Source: an uncultured Alphaproteobacteria bacterium (lineage in GTDB: Bacteria > Pseudomonadota > Alphaproteobacteria > CAVTAV01). Taken from it: a DNA stretch of 64,000 nt. A program made the position numbers and the translations under genes. This document shows positions 55,392 through 64,000 of this stretch, piece after piece. Position 1 is the stretch's first letter, and every line of letters starts with the position of its first letter. The stretch covers positions 703 through 64,702 of the forward strand of contig CAWGIZ010000012.1 in NCBI GenBank assembly GCA_963822835.1. Reading direction: 5' to 3'. Under the pieces are notes generated by a model, which saw only the letters and a list, made by a program, of their open reading frames with translations, searched no databases and had not been told where the DNA came from.

Positions 55392-56174
55392 ATGCTTCTG
55401 GCCATAGATGCCGGTAACACCAACACGCTGTTCGCCGTACATGACGGCTCGGAGTGGCGCGCCCAATGGCGGACCTCGACGAGCGATACGCGCACGGCGG
55501 ATGAATATATGGTCTGGCTTGCCCAGCTCATGGAGCTCGAAGGGCTGAAGCGGGCGGATATCGACGGAGCGGTCATCGGCACGGTCGTGCCGCAGGCGAC
55601 GTTCAATCTGCGGACCCTCTGCAAGCGCTATTTCAATTGCTCGCCCTTCGTGATCGGCGACGATACGCTGGATCTCGGAATCGAGATCGATGTCGACAAG
55701 CCGGAGGATGTCGGCGCCGACCGGCTGGCGAATGCCGTCGCGGCGCGGGCGACCTACGAGAACTCGCTGATCGTGCTGGATTTCGGCACCGCCACGACCT
55801 TCGACATCGTCAATGATCGCGGCGCCTATGCCGGCGGCATCATCGCGCCGGGTGTGAATCTGTCGGTCGAGGCGCTTCATGCGCATGCGGCGAAACTGCC
55901 CCGCATCGCCATCCAGCGGCCGGAACATGTGATCGGCAGAAGCACGATCACGGCCATGCAGTCCGGCGTCTACTGGGGCTATGTCAGCATGATCGAAGGC
56001 ATGGTCGGCCGCATCAAGCGGGAATACGGCAAGCCGATGAAGGTCATCGCCACCGGCGGGCTGGCCTCGATTTTCGACAACGCCACGGATGTGATCGAGA
56101 TCGTCGACCGCGATCTGACCATTCGGGGGCTTCTCGAGATCTACAATCGCAACGCCGTGCAACGGCCGGCATGA
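55392..56174 (+). CDS. coaX: type III pantothenate kinase
   Basis: [32 protein letters not shown] and ATGGLA blocks. Confidence 0.9.
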   Translation: MLLAIDAGNTNTLFAVHDGSEWRAQWRTSTSDTRTADEYMVWLAQLMELEGLKRADIDGAVIGTVVPQATFNLRTLCKRYFNCSPFVIGDDTLDLGIEIDVDKPEDVGADRLANAVAARATYENSLIVLDFGTATTFDIVNDRGAYAGGIIAPGVNLSVEALHAHAAKLPRIAIQRPEHVIGRSTITAMQSGVYWGYVSMIEGMVGRIKREYGKPMKVIATGGLASIFDNATDVIEIVDRDLTIRGLLEIYNRNAVQRPA

Positions 56175-57823
56175 TCGAGCGCGAAGCCCTGCATTTTCTC
56201 GCCCTGGGTGGCTCCGGCGAGATCGGCATGAATTTCAATCTCTATGCCTGCCGCGGCAAGTGGCTGATGGTCGATCTCGGCGTGACCTTCGGCGACGATA
56301 CCATGCCCGGCATCGATCTGGTCTTGCCGGATACGGCCTATATCGAGGGCGACCGGAAGAATCTGCTGGGGATCATCCTGACGCATGCCCACGAGGACCA
56401 CATCGGCGCGGTCGCCGCGCTCTGGCCCCGGTTGCAATGCCCGGTCTATGCCACGCCCTTCACGGCCGAGCTGCTCAAATCCAAGCTCTATGAGGGCGGT
56501 ATCCTCGATGAAGTGCCGCTTCATATCGTGCCCATGGGCGGCACGGTCAAGCTCGGCCCGTTCGAGGCGGAATTCGTCACGCTGACCCATTCGATCCCGG
56601 AGCCGAATGCGCTGAGGATCAGGACGCCGTTCGGCACGGTGATGCATACCGGAGACTGGAAGCTCGATCCCGATCCGCTGATCAGCGATCCCGTCGATGC
56701 CGGGGCGCTGACCCGGATCGGCGAGGAGGGGGTGAGGGCGATCGTCTGCGATTCCACCAATGTTTTCAATCCGGGGCATTCCGGCTCCGAAGCGGATGTC
56801 GAGGCGAATCTCAAGACGATCATCGGCCAACGCAAGGGACGCGTCGCGGTGACCACCTTCGCGTCCAACGTCGCCCGGCTCGGCACGATCTGCAAGGTCG
56901 CGCAGGAGCTGGACCGGCATGTGGTGCTGGTCGGCCGTTCGATGCTCCGGGTCATCGCGGCGGCCCGCGAGACCGGCTATTTCGACACGATGTTTCCGCT
57001 TCTGGCGCCCGAGGACGCCGCCTATCTGCCGCGCGACAAGGTGCTCTATCTCTGCACCGGCAGCCAGGGCGAGCCGCGCGGGGCGATGAACAGAATCGCC
57101 GACGGGCAGCACAGGGACGTCGTGCTCGAAGCAGGGGATACGGTGATCTTTTCCTCGAAGATCATTCCCGGAAACGAGATAACCCTCGGCCGGATGCACA
57201 ATCTGCTGGCCGATCGCGGCATAGAGGTGGTGACCGAGAAGGACGAGATGATCCATGTCTCCGGCCATCCCTGCCGCGACGAATTGATCCAGATGTATCA
57301 TTGGATTCGCCCCGAACTGGCTATTCCGGTACACGGAGAAGCGCGGCATCTGGAGGAACATGCGCGGCTCGCGCGCGAGCTTCAGGTCCCGGAAGTGATT
57401 GCGCCCCGCAATGGCATGCTGATCCGGATCGCGCCCGGCCGCGCCGAAGCCATGGATCAGGTGCCGAGCGGCCGCCTGATCATCGACGGCAATATGGTGG
57501 TGCCGGTAGACGATCCCGGCTTGGTGGAGCGCAAACGCCTGATGTATAACGGGCATGTGGTCGTCACGCTGGTCGCGGACCAGAAGGGCCGGTTGCTTGC
57601 GGCGCCCGGAATCGTGATGCAGGGATTGCCGCAGGGCGACAGCGTCGACACGCCGGAGATCCTGAGCGAGGCGGCGGAAGACGCCTACGACAAGATGAAG
57701 CCCAAGGAACGGCGCGACGCCGACGTGGCGAAAGAAGAGGTGCGGATCGCAGTGCGCCGGGAGTGCCGCGATCTGTTCGGCAAGAGGCCCGTCGTTACCG
57801 TGCAGCTGACGACGATCCAGTGA
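56171..57823 (+). CDS. rnj: ribonuclease J (MBL/beta-CASP family)
   Basis: [20 protein letters not shown] (HxHxDH), and HVSGHP near the beta-CASP C motif. Intact 550 aa. Confidence 0.85.
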   Translation: MIEREALHFLALGGSGEIGMNFNLYACRGKWLMVDLGVTFGDDTMPGIDLVLPDTAYIEGDRKNLLGIILTHAHEDHIGAVAALWPRLQCPVYATPFTAELLKSKLYEGGILDEVPLHIVPMGGTVKLGPFEAEFVTLTHSIPEPNALRIRTPFGTVMHTGDWKLDPDPLISDPVDAGALTRIGEEGVRAIVCDSTNVFNPGHSGSEADVEANLKTIIGQRKGRVAVTTFASNVARLGTICKVAQELDRHVVLVGRSMLRVIAAARETGYFDTMFPLLAPEDAAYLPRDKVLYLCTGSQGEPRGAMNRIADGQHRDVVLEAGDTVIFSSKIIPGNEITLGRMHNLLADRGIEVVTEKDEMIHVSGHPCRDELIQMYHWIRPELAIPVHGEARHLEEHARLARELQVPEVIAPRNGMLIRIAPGRAEAMDQVPSGRLIIDGNMVVPVDDPGLVERKRLMYNGHVVVTLVADQKGRLLAAPGIVMQGLPQGDSVDTPEILSEAAEDAYDKMKPKERRDADVAKEEVRIAVRRECRDLFGKRPVVTVQLTTIQ

Positions 57824-57869
57824 AGTAGCGTTTCGTGTTCCGGGGGGACGATCCATCAGGGAGAAGGTC

Positions 57870-58274
57870 ATGATCGGACGTCTAAACCATGTCGCCATCG
57901 CGGTGCCGGATCTTGCTGCCGCCTCGGCGGTCTACCGCGAGACGCTGGGAGCGAAGGTCTCGGAACCGACCGACGAGCCGGATCACGGCGTGACGGTCGT
58001 CTTCGTCGAGTTGCCGAACACCAAGATCGAGCTGCTTCATCCCTTGGGCGACTCTTCGCCGATCGCGAAGTTCCTGGAGCGCAATCCGGCGGGCGGCATG
58101 CATCATGTCTGCTACGAGGTGGACGACATCATCGCGGCGCGCGACAAGCTGAAATCGGAAGGCGCGACGATTCTCGGCGACGGTAATCCCAGGATCGGGG
58201 CTCACGGCAAACCGGTGCTGTTCCTTCACCCGAAGGATTTTTGCGGCACGCTGATCGAAATCGAACAGGTCTGA
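57870..58274 (+). CDS. mce: methylmalonyl-CoA epimerase
   Basis: LNHVAIAVPDL..VVFVEL.NTKIELLHP..GGMHHVCYEVDDI..FLHPKDFCGTLIEIEQ. 134 aa. Confidence 0.85.
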   Translation: MIGRLNHVAIAVPDLAAASAVYRETLGAKVSEPTDEPDHGVTVVFVELPNTKIELLHPLGDSSPIAKFLERNPAGGMHHVCYEVDDIIAARDKLKSEGATILGDGNPRIGAHGKPVLFLHPKDFCGTLIEIEQV

Positions 58275-58282
58275 GGAAAGAC

Positions 58283-58566
58283 ATGACACCGATATCCTTC
58301 CTGTTGGTCTATCTCGTCGTCTGGTGGGTCGTGATCTTCGCGGTTCTACCGATCGGCGTGAACACGGTGAGCGAATCCGACGAGGCGCAGCCGGAAGGTG
58401 TCGAGGGGGGGCGCCGATTCGTCCGAGGCTCCTTAGAAAGGCCCTGATCACCAGCGTGGTCTCGATCCCGATCACGTTAGCCATCGTGATGGCCTGGCCG
58501 TCGATCAGCCACTGGGCGGACCGGCAGGCGAGTCTCGGCTTTGGGGATGGACGACAGCGACCAATA
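58283..58566 (+). CDS. DUF1467 family small membrane protein; 1 frame break ~58405-58415, 3' end uncertain
   Basis: MTPISFLLVYLVVWWVVIFAVLPIGV shifts into ..GAPIRPRLLRKALITSVVSIPITLAIVMAW. As written, that frame has no stop until 58839, so a second indel is likely. TAG 58564-58566 in a neighbouring frame is a plausible original end. Confidence 0.6.
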
Positions 58567-58570
58567 GGCC

Positions 58571-58603
58571 AAAAAAAAGCAAGGTTCCCGATGGGAACCT
58601 CGC
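58571..58603 (-). terminator. strong rho-independent terminator on the minus strand with no annotated upstream gene
   Basis: The minus strand reads GCGAGGUUCCC-AUC-GGGAACCUUGC (11-bp stem, one G-U pair) followed by U8. Confidence 0.7.
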
Positions 58604-58907
58604 TCAACCCTGTTGCCGCCAATTATATTGGACTTTGTCCATGTAAACAGCGATTCAAGTCGCTGTTTGGCGTTTCCTCTTGCCTAAATGGCCTCCCTAA
58701 ACCTGAGCCATTCTCCACGCTTAGCGTGTTGTTTTCTGAGAGATACGTTAAAAGATTCGGCATACCCTGTCACGGTTCAAAGAGCCGGTTTTGTGCTATT
58801 TTTGCGACCTGTTGCACAAAAAACACAAACGCTTTCTAAACCCGGAAATCCTAGGCTTTTAGACGTTTTGACACGCTCTATTTCAGGTATCGGGGCGCCG
58901 TAGAAGG

Positions 58908-59432
58908 ATGATCCGGATGAAGCGGGCCGCATTAACCATCACCCTCGTTTTCTGCACGGGAATCGCCGTGATTCCGGCAAATTGCGCGGAAACGCCCAAG
59001 GATCTGGTCGTCAGCGACCGGGACTGCGAGATGTTCCGTCCGTACGAACAAGATCCCTCGGTACAGTACAAAGCGGGAGTTGATAGCCACGGGGCCACCG
59101 TGGCTCCGGCGGATCTCGGCGGCGGTTTGCAGGTGTCGCCCGATGTCAGCTTTCCGGTGACGGTCGATATCCGGCCCTGGACCAACCTGAATGCTCAGAC
59201 GCCCCAAGGAAATGGCAGTAACCCGCCGCCCTATCAGCTCGGAACGGGAACCGAGGCCAGTGTCGGCACGGTGAGCGTTCACGACGGCCAGGTGTTCTTT
59301 AACGGCGAACGGCTGTCATCGCCCTATGAGAATGCGGTCGCACAAGCCTGTGCAAACTATCTCAAGCACGGAAAGAACGCCCACAGGGACCATCACCGCG
59401 ATGGAGACCGGGATTCATCCGGCCACGACTGA
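58908..59432 (+). CDS. hypothetical secreted protein
   Basis: Signal peptide MKRAALTITLVFCTGIAVIPANCA (start possibly at 58917). His/Asp-rich C-terminus. No recognised domain. Confidence 0.5.
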   Translation: MIRMKRAALTITLVFCTGIAVIPANCAETPKDLVVSDRDCEMFRPYEQDPSVQYKAGVDSHGATVAPADLGGGLQVSPDVSFPVTVDIRPWTNLNAQTPQGNGSNPPPYQLGTGTEASVGTVSVHDGQVFFNGERLSSPYENAVAQACANYLKHGKNAHRDHHRDGDRDSSGHD

Positions 59433-59435
59433 CGC

Positions 59436-62096
59436 CTATTCCGGCGCAGGGCCCCGGCTGACCAGCGCGAGCGCGTCCGGCCGTATCCACTTGGCAAATC
59501 CGTCCTGAACGGCCTTCGCATCGAGATCCAGATAGCGCTTCGCCGCGATCATGGGCTCGTCGAGCGGCAGATCGAGGCTCAGCCGTGCGAGATAGCCGCC
59601 CGCGATGCTCGACAAGCTTGCTTCGCCGAGCGGTATCTGGCGCAACAGCACGGCCTTGGCCCTGTGCAATTCGTCATCCGTCACGGGCGTCGTCTGCATC
59701 GCCGTCAATTCGCGCGCCACAGCGTTCCGCACCTTGTCGACATTCGCGGGATCGCAGGCGAAGTTGATGACATAGACCGCGCGCGTCTGGCTCGATTGCA
59801 GATAGGATCCCACGGAATAGACGAGACCGGCGTTCTTGCGCAGATCGCGGCTCAGGCGCGACGCATAGAACGAGCCGCCGAGCACCGTGTTGCCAAGCCT
59901 CAGCGCGTAGAAATCCGGGTCCAGCCGGGTAAGTCCCAGCGTTTCCGCGACCGTCACCGAGTCCTGTACCCGGGTCTTGTCCGGGACAGACGTTGTCGAC
60001 GCGACGCTCAGGGGAACCTTGGGCAAGAGAACGTCCGGCTTCGGTCCGGTCGCGGTCCAGGCGCCGAAGTGCTTTTCAATGACGGCCTTGGCCTTCTCAG
60101 GCGTCACATTGCCGATCACCACGATGAGAGCGCGATCGGGCCGGACCGCCTTGGAGAAATAGTCGTTCACATCCTGCAGGGTGATGCCCTTGATCGTTTC
60201 CGGCGTAGCCTGCCGCAGCGTGGGGTCATCCTTCGGATAGACCGCCGCCAATACGGCGCGGCCGGTCAGATAGCCGGGGCTCGTGAGCTGTCCAGCAACC
60301 GAGGCGGCCGTCTGGGCCTTGACGATGTCGAGTTCGTGTTGCTGGAAATCGGGTTGCAGCTCGTGCTCGGCGAGCAGCGAGACGGCATCGTCGAAATGCG
60401 ACGCGAGCGATTGCACAGAGAAACTCATACCCGCGTTCTCGTTGGCCCCAATCGCATCCAGGGCTTCCTGGAAGGCTTCCTGGGAATGCTTCTTCGTGCC
60501 GTAGGCGAACATCCCGTCCATAACCTGGGAGAGGCCTTCCTTACCCTTGGGCACGGAGAGCTCGGCCCGGTTCAGGACGCGGCCAAAGACGCTGATCGTG
60601 TCGCTGACGTCCTCGGGCTGAACCACCAGCGTGATGCCGTTCGCGAGCGTGGATACGACAGGCTGCCGTGAGGATTTCGGCAAGGACAGGCGGCGCAACG
60701 CGGATTCCGCCCAATCGGGCAGGGCGACGCCCTTAGCCGAACCGATCGCGATCTCTTCCTGACCGCCGAAACCGCCGCCGGAGACCGGCTTGCCGGAACC
60801 TGTCGGCGTCAGAATGGCGGTCACCACGTTGTCGAGGCGCAGATAGCTCCGCGCCGCCCGGTTGACGTCGGCGAGGGTTACCTTGTCGATCCGTTTGAGA
60901 TCGTCTTCGGGGGATTTGAGCCCCTGAACCGCGACCGCCTCGGACCAGACCGAGGCGAGGCCGGCGATGGAGTTCTTCTGGAATTCCGCATCGCTCTTTT
61001 CGCGGATCTTCGCGGCGGTCAGCAGGTCCTGCGAGACGCCGTTCTTCACGACGTCGGCGATCACCTGCCGCACTTCCTTCTCGAGCGCGTCGCCGTCCTG
61101 ACCGGCGGGGTAGGCCATGGATAGATAGGCGAGGCTCCCCTTCGCCTGCGGGTCGAACGAGAAGCTGACGCCAAGCGCCTTGCCGTCCAGCACGAGCTGA
61201 TAGAGCGGTCCGCGGGCGCTGTTCAGTATGTCCGAGAGAACCTCGATCGCCCCGTAATCCTTGCTCTGGTATCCCGGCAGCCGCATCGAGATCACGCGCA
61301 GGCTATAGGGGAGGTCGCTGTCGAGCTTCAGTGTCGCGGGTTTGACCGGCTGGAGTTTGATCTCCGGCCGTTTCGGCAGCTTTTTCTCCGGAATCGCGCC
61401 GAAAAGCGCCTTCACGGTGCCGAGAGTCGCCTTGGGGTCGAGATTGCCCGCGACGACAAGAACGGCATTGTTCGGCGCGTACCAGGTGTCGTGGAATTCC
61501 TTCAGCATCGCACCCGTCGTCTTGTCGAAGGACTCCTTTGTGCCGAGCGCGTCGTGGTCGTAGGGCGTGCCCGCGAACATGGTCTTGCGGAGCTTGGTGA
61601 ACAGGACGTAGGTCGGGCTGGAAAGATCCGAGGCGACTTCCTGCTCGATCGCGCCGCGTTCCGTCTTCCATTCGGAATCCTTGGCGTCGACGCCCTTCAT
61701 CCGGGCGGCCTCGATATGCAGCGCGACGTCCAGATCCTCGGACGGCACGGTGTAGAGATACTGGGTAATGGTCTGACGGGTATTGGCGTTGAAACTGCCG
61801 CCCATGAGGCTGCCGATGTCGGCGAGCTGATCCGCCGAAAGCCCAGGGCTGCCGCGGAACATCATGTGCTCCAGCGCGTGTGCCGTGCCGGGAAAGCCCT
61901 CGGGAGTCTCGTTCGCTCCGACCAGATAGTTCATCGACGTCGCGACCACCGGGGCCAGGGTATTCCGTACGATGACGACGCGCAGGCCGTTATCCAGCGT
62001 GGCGCGCAGGACATCGCTATCGGCGGCTTGGGAGATCTGAGGGACGGCGAGGAAGAGAATGAGGGCAGCGAAGGCCGCCTTAACGGGAGATTTCAT
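59436..62096 (-). CDS. secreted two-unit M16 (pitrilysin/insulinase) family zinc peptidase
   Basis: Signal peptide. Inverted zinc motif HALEH in GTAHALEHMMFRG. Duplicated M16 active plus inactive halves. Intact 886 aa. Confidence 0.85.
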   Translation of the reverse strand: MKSPVKAAFAALILFLAVPQISQAADSDVLRATLDNGLRVVIVRNTLAPVVATSMNYLVGANETPEGFPGTAHALEHMMFRGSPGLSADQLADIGSLMGGSFNANTRQTITQYLYTVPSEDLDVALHIEAARMKGVDAKDSEWKTERGAIEQEVASDLSSPTYVLFTKLRKTMFAGTPYDHDALGTKESFDKTTGAMLKEFHDTWYAPNNAVLVVAGNLDPKATLGTVKALFGAIPEKKLPKRPEIKLQPVKPATLKLDSDLPYSLRVISMRLPGYQSKDYGAIEVLSDILNSARGPLYQLVLDGKALGVSFSFDPQAKGSLAYLSMAYPAGQDGDALEKEVRQVIADVVKNGVSQDLLTAAKIREKSDAEFQKNSIAGLASVWSEAVAVQGLKSPEDDLKRIDKVTLADVNRAARSYLRLDNVVTAILTPTGSGKPVSGGGFGGQEEIAIGSAKGVALPDWAESALRRLSLPKSSRQPVVSTLANGITLVVQPEDVSDTISVFGRVLNRAELSVPKGKEGLSQVMDGMFAYGTKKHSQEAFQEALDAIGANENAGMSFSVQSLASHFDDAVSLLAEHELQPDFQQHELDIVKAQTAASVAGQLTSPGYLTGRAVLAAVYPKDDPTLRQATPETIKGITLQDVNDYFSKAVRPDRALIVVIGNVTPEKAKAVIEKHFGAWTATGPKPDVLLPKVPLSVASTTSVPDKTRVQDSVTVAETLGLTRLDPDFYALRLGNTVLGGSFYASRLSRDLRKNAGLVYSVGSYLQSSQTRAVYVINFACDPANVDKVRNAVARELTAMQTTPVTDDELHRAKAVLLRQIPLGEASLSSIAGGYLARLSLDLPLDEPMIAAKRYLDLDAKAVQDGFAKWIRPDALALVSRGPAPE

Positions 62097-62222
62097 TGTC
62101 GCTCCTGGTCACAGGCAGCCAGCCCCTTGGTCAATATAGGGACGTAGATCCTAAGCGGAAGTGTCCGGAAAAGGCGAACACCTTTCATTACTGCGAATTT
62201 AGTCTTTGGTAAGGTCGTCGCC

Positions 62223-62923
62223 TCAAGAGGCTTCTTCAAGAATGGCGGCTGTCCGCTCCGGGTCTTCGAACATCATCATATGACCGTGGGAATTGTCGTC
62301 GTGATCCAGGCGGGGTCGGCGTTTGCCCGTTCATAGGTTGGCCGATAGCCCGGAGATCTTTCGGCCCAGACATACGTCTTTTTGCTGATAGTCTTGAAGG
62401 CGCCTGTAAGGGCGATCGGCTCTATCCAGGCCGCCATCGGTTGAGGCGCATACCGCCACGCTTGCTCTATGGGTATGTTTAGATAGTCCATCACGGGAGG
62501 CGGCATTGGCGTTGCCATTACGCCGCGCTCATGGGCGGCAAGGATCTGTTTGACGCCTTCGGGGTTGGCGAGAAGATCGACCTGCGCTTGTCCGTCCTCC
62601 GGAACCTCAGCATCCAGATAGACAAGTGAGGAGATCCGGTCAGGGATGCGATCGGCCACGCCGGTTATGACCATTCCGCCGTATGAATGGCCCGCGAGCA
62701 CAACATTCTCGAGGTCTTCGTATCGAATAACCTGAATAATGTCTTCGATATGCGTCCCGAGCCCGATATTCGCATCGGTTCGATGAGATCTTTCGGCCAA
62801 CCCGCTCAATGTCGGCGTAAATACGCGATGGCCCCGAGAGCGAAGCCTTTCGGCGACATCCGCGAAGATGAAACCGCCACACCAAGACCCATGTACGAGG
62901 GCGAAGGTCGTTTGATTGGCCAC
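62223..62923 (-). CDS. alpha/beta hydrolase (methylesterase/esterase-like); 1 frame break ~62290-62340
   Basis: FALVHGSWCGG and nucleophile elbow GHSYGG. The C-terminal catalytic-His region (DNSHGHMMMFEDPERTAAILEEAS, stop at 62223-62225) lies in a shifted frame. Confidence 0.7.
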
Positions 62924-62966
62924 CGGTGCCTCCTTCTATGGTCGGGTAGGCGCGCCCTCTGGCTGG

Positions 62967-63662
62967 CTACGCCACGCGTTTCCTTTCCTGCGCAAAACCA
63001 CTTAGGCCCAACCAGGCTTGCAGCCCGTCCATCAGTCGCCGGTCGCCGCTGACGAGCATCCGCTCGGCATCCAGCGCGGCGCGCACGGTATCCAGGCCCA
63101 TCCAGATCTTTGTCATCGTGCCCAGATCGGTCTCGACAAAGAGGTCGACGTCGAAACCGGGCTCGATATAGCAGATATCGGCGGCGCTACCGTCGACGAT
63201 AAGCCAGTAATTTTGCTTTTCCGGGCTCAAATCCCGGTACACAAATTGAATCACCGATCTTCCGGCCGGAAAGAGGGCCGTCTTGATGCTCCGGCGCATG
63301 TCCCACATCAGGAGCGAGGGATCGAGATTTCTGAGGGTGACCTTGGTTTCGATCCAGCGATGCCCCCAGATTCCGAGGGCAAAGATCACCTGCCAAAGGT
63401 CTTCGCCCGCCGGCGTCGGCTTGTAATCATAGACGCCGGGCTCCTCCGTGACGGTCCGCGTGATCAGGCCGTCGGTCTCCAGCTCCTTCAGACGTTTGGA
63501 AAGCAGCGCGGGCGAAATCCGCGGAAGACCGCGCCGCAACTCGTTGAATCGGGTGCTTCCGAGCAGAATCTCGCGCAAAACAAGCAGTGTCCAGCGCCCG
63601 CCCAGAATGTCCGAGGCTAACGCCACAGGGCAAAATTGCCCGTATTCCTGGGTATTCACCAT
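62967..63662 (-). CDS. HxlR-family winged-helix transcriptional regulator with C-terminal SCP2-like extension
   Basis: CPVALASDILGGRWTLLVLREILLGSTRFNELRRGLPRISPALLSKRLKELETDGLI. 231 aa. Confidence 0.8.
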   Translation of the reverse strand: MVNTQEYGQFCPVALASDILGGRWTLLVLREILLGSTRFNELRRGLPRISPALLSKRLKELETDGLITRTVTEEPGVYDYKPTPAGEDLWQVIFALGIWGHRWIETKVTLRNLDPSLLMWDMRRSIKTALFPAGRSVIQFVYRDLSPEKQNYWLIVDGSAADICYIEPGFDVDLFVETDLGTMTKIWMGLDTVRAALDAERMLVSGDRRLMDGLQAWLGLSGFAQERKRVA

Positions 63663-63812
63663 CGGAATTTCTCCGTTTGCCTTGGTTTTGATGGGCCCAT
63701 GATAACGGGAATTCGGGTCAGCTCCAGTTCATTTCCTGTACTAGCGACCGGCCTCCGATCCAAAGATGATTCGCCGCATCGGCAATTCACCATGGGGAAA
63801 GGGACAACAGAA

Positions 63813-64000
63813 ATGCTGACGCGTAAGGACATTCAGTTGAAGACACGGGACGGCGGCGTGATCGCACTCGCGGCCGATGCCGTGGCGAAATTCACCCGGT
63901 CGATCGAAGGATCGGTCGTTACCGAGGACAGCGCGGACTACGAATCCGTGCGGGCGATCTGGAACGCCATGATCGAATTGCGGCCCGCGATGATCGTGCG
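63813..64000 (+). CDS. FAD-binding (PCMH/berberine-bridge-like) oxidoreductase, 3'-partial (runs off window end)
   Basis: ATG at 63813. MLTRKDIQLKTRDGGVIALAAD..GSVVTEDSADYESVRAIWNAMIELRPAMIV resembles N-termini of FAD-linked oxidases. Only 62 codons are visible. Confidence 0.4.
   Translation, partial: MLTRKDIQLKTRDGGVIALAADAVAKFTRSIEGSVVTEDSADYESVRAIWNAMIELRPAMIV

Noticed and set aside
56141-57898. 585-aa ORF antisense to rnj
   Set aside because: Same reasoning: it lies opposite an intact, motif-supported RNase J gene.
58623-58763. 46-codon minus-strand ORF upstream of the orphan terminator
   Set aside because: The G-rich stretch sits only 1 nt from the ATG, so there is no usable Shine-Dalgarno spacing. 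The composition is polar and featureless. It is kept only as a note under the sRNA hypothesis.

Overview
Composite 64-kb window with no recognisable mobile element, CRISPR array, prophage, toxin-antitoxin or defence locus. I did not find a convincing novel biological system. Part A (1 to ~34,790; high GC) is inferred from gene content to be an Acidobacteriota-like chromosomal segment. It carries a partial Fe-ADH, an orphan nuoM-like gene, a secreted caspase/FGE-like fusion, a radical SAM/SPASM gene and a class II photolyase (both badly frame-broken), and two Cys-type Tat sulfatases. It also carries rnr, a TonB receptor coupled to an ECF-type transporter operon, a TPR protein, ffs-dnaX-ybaB-recR, an M20 peptidase, gltX and a frame-broken MFS gene. 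Part B (~34,791-34,977) is a ~39% GC orphan fragment encoding only the first helix of an ABC-2 permease. Part C (34,974-64,000) enters lon in mid-gene. It then follows the Hyphomicrobiales/Rhizobiales core synteny lon-hupB-tRNA-Val ... tRNA-Asp-nuoABCDEFGHIJKLMN-birA-coaX-rnj-mce-DUF1467, followed by an M16 peptidase, an esterase, an HxlR regulator and a partial FAD oxidoreductase. The two dominant non-gene signals look technical. One is a three-way chimeric join at ~34.8-35.0 kb. The other is many 1-nt frame breaks, including in essential genes (dnaX, gltX), with three dense hot spots. The most interesting biological candidates are the translationally coupled TonB-receptor/ECF/methyltransferase operon, the caspase/FGE-like fusion, and an orphan minus-strand terminator in a gene-free AT-richer stretch near 58.6 kb. 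All family calls come from motif recognition by eye without searches, and coordinates of frame breaks are approximate.
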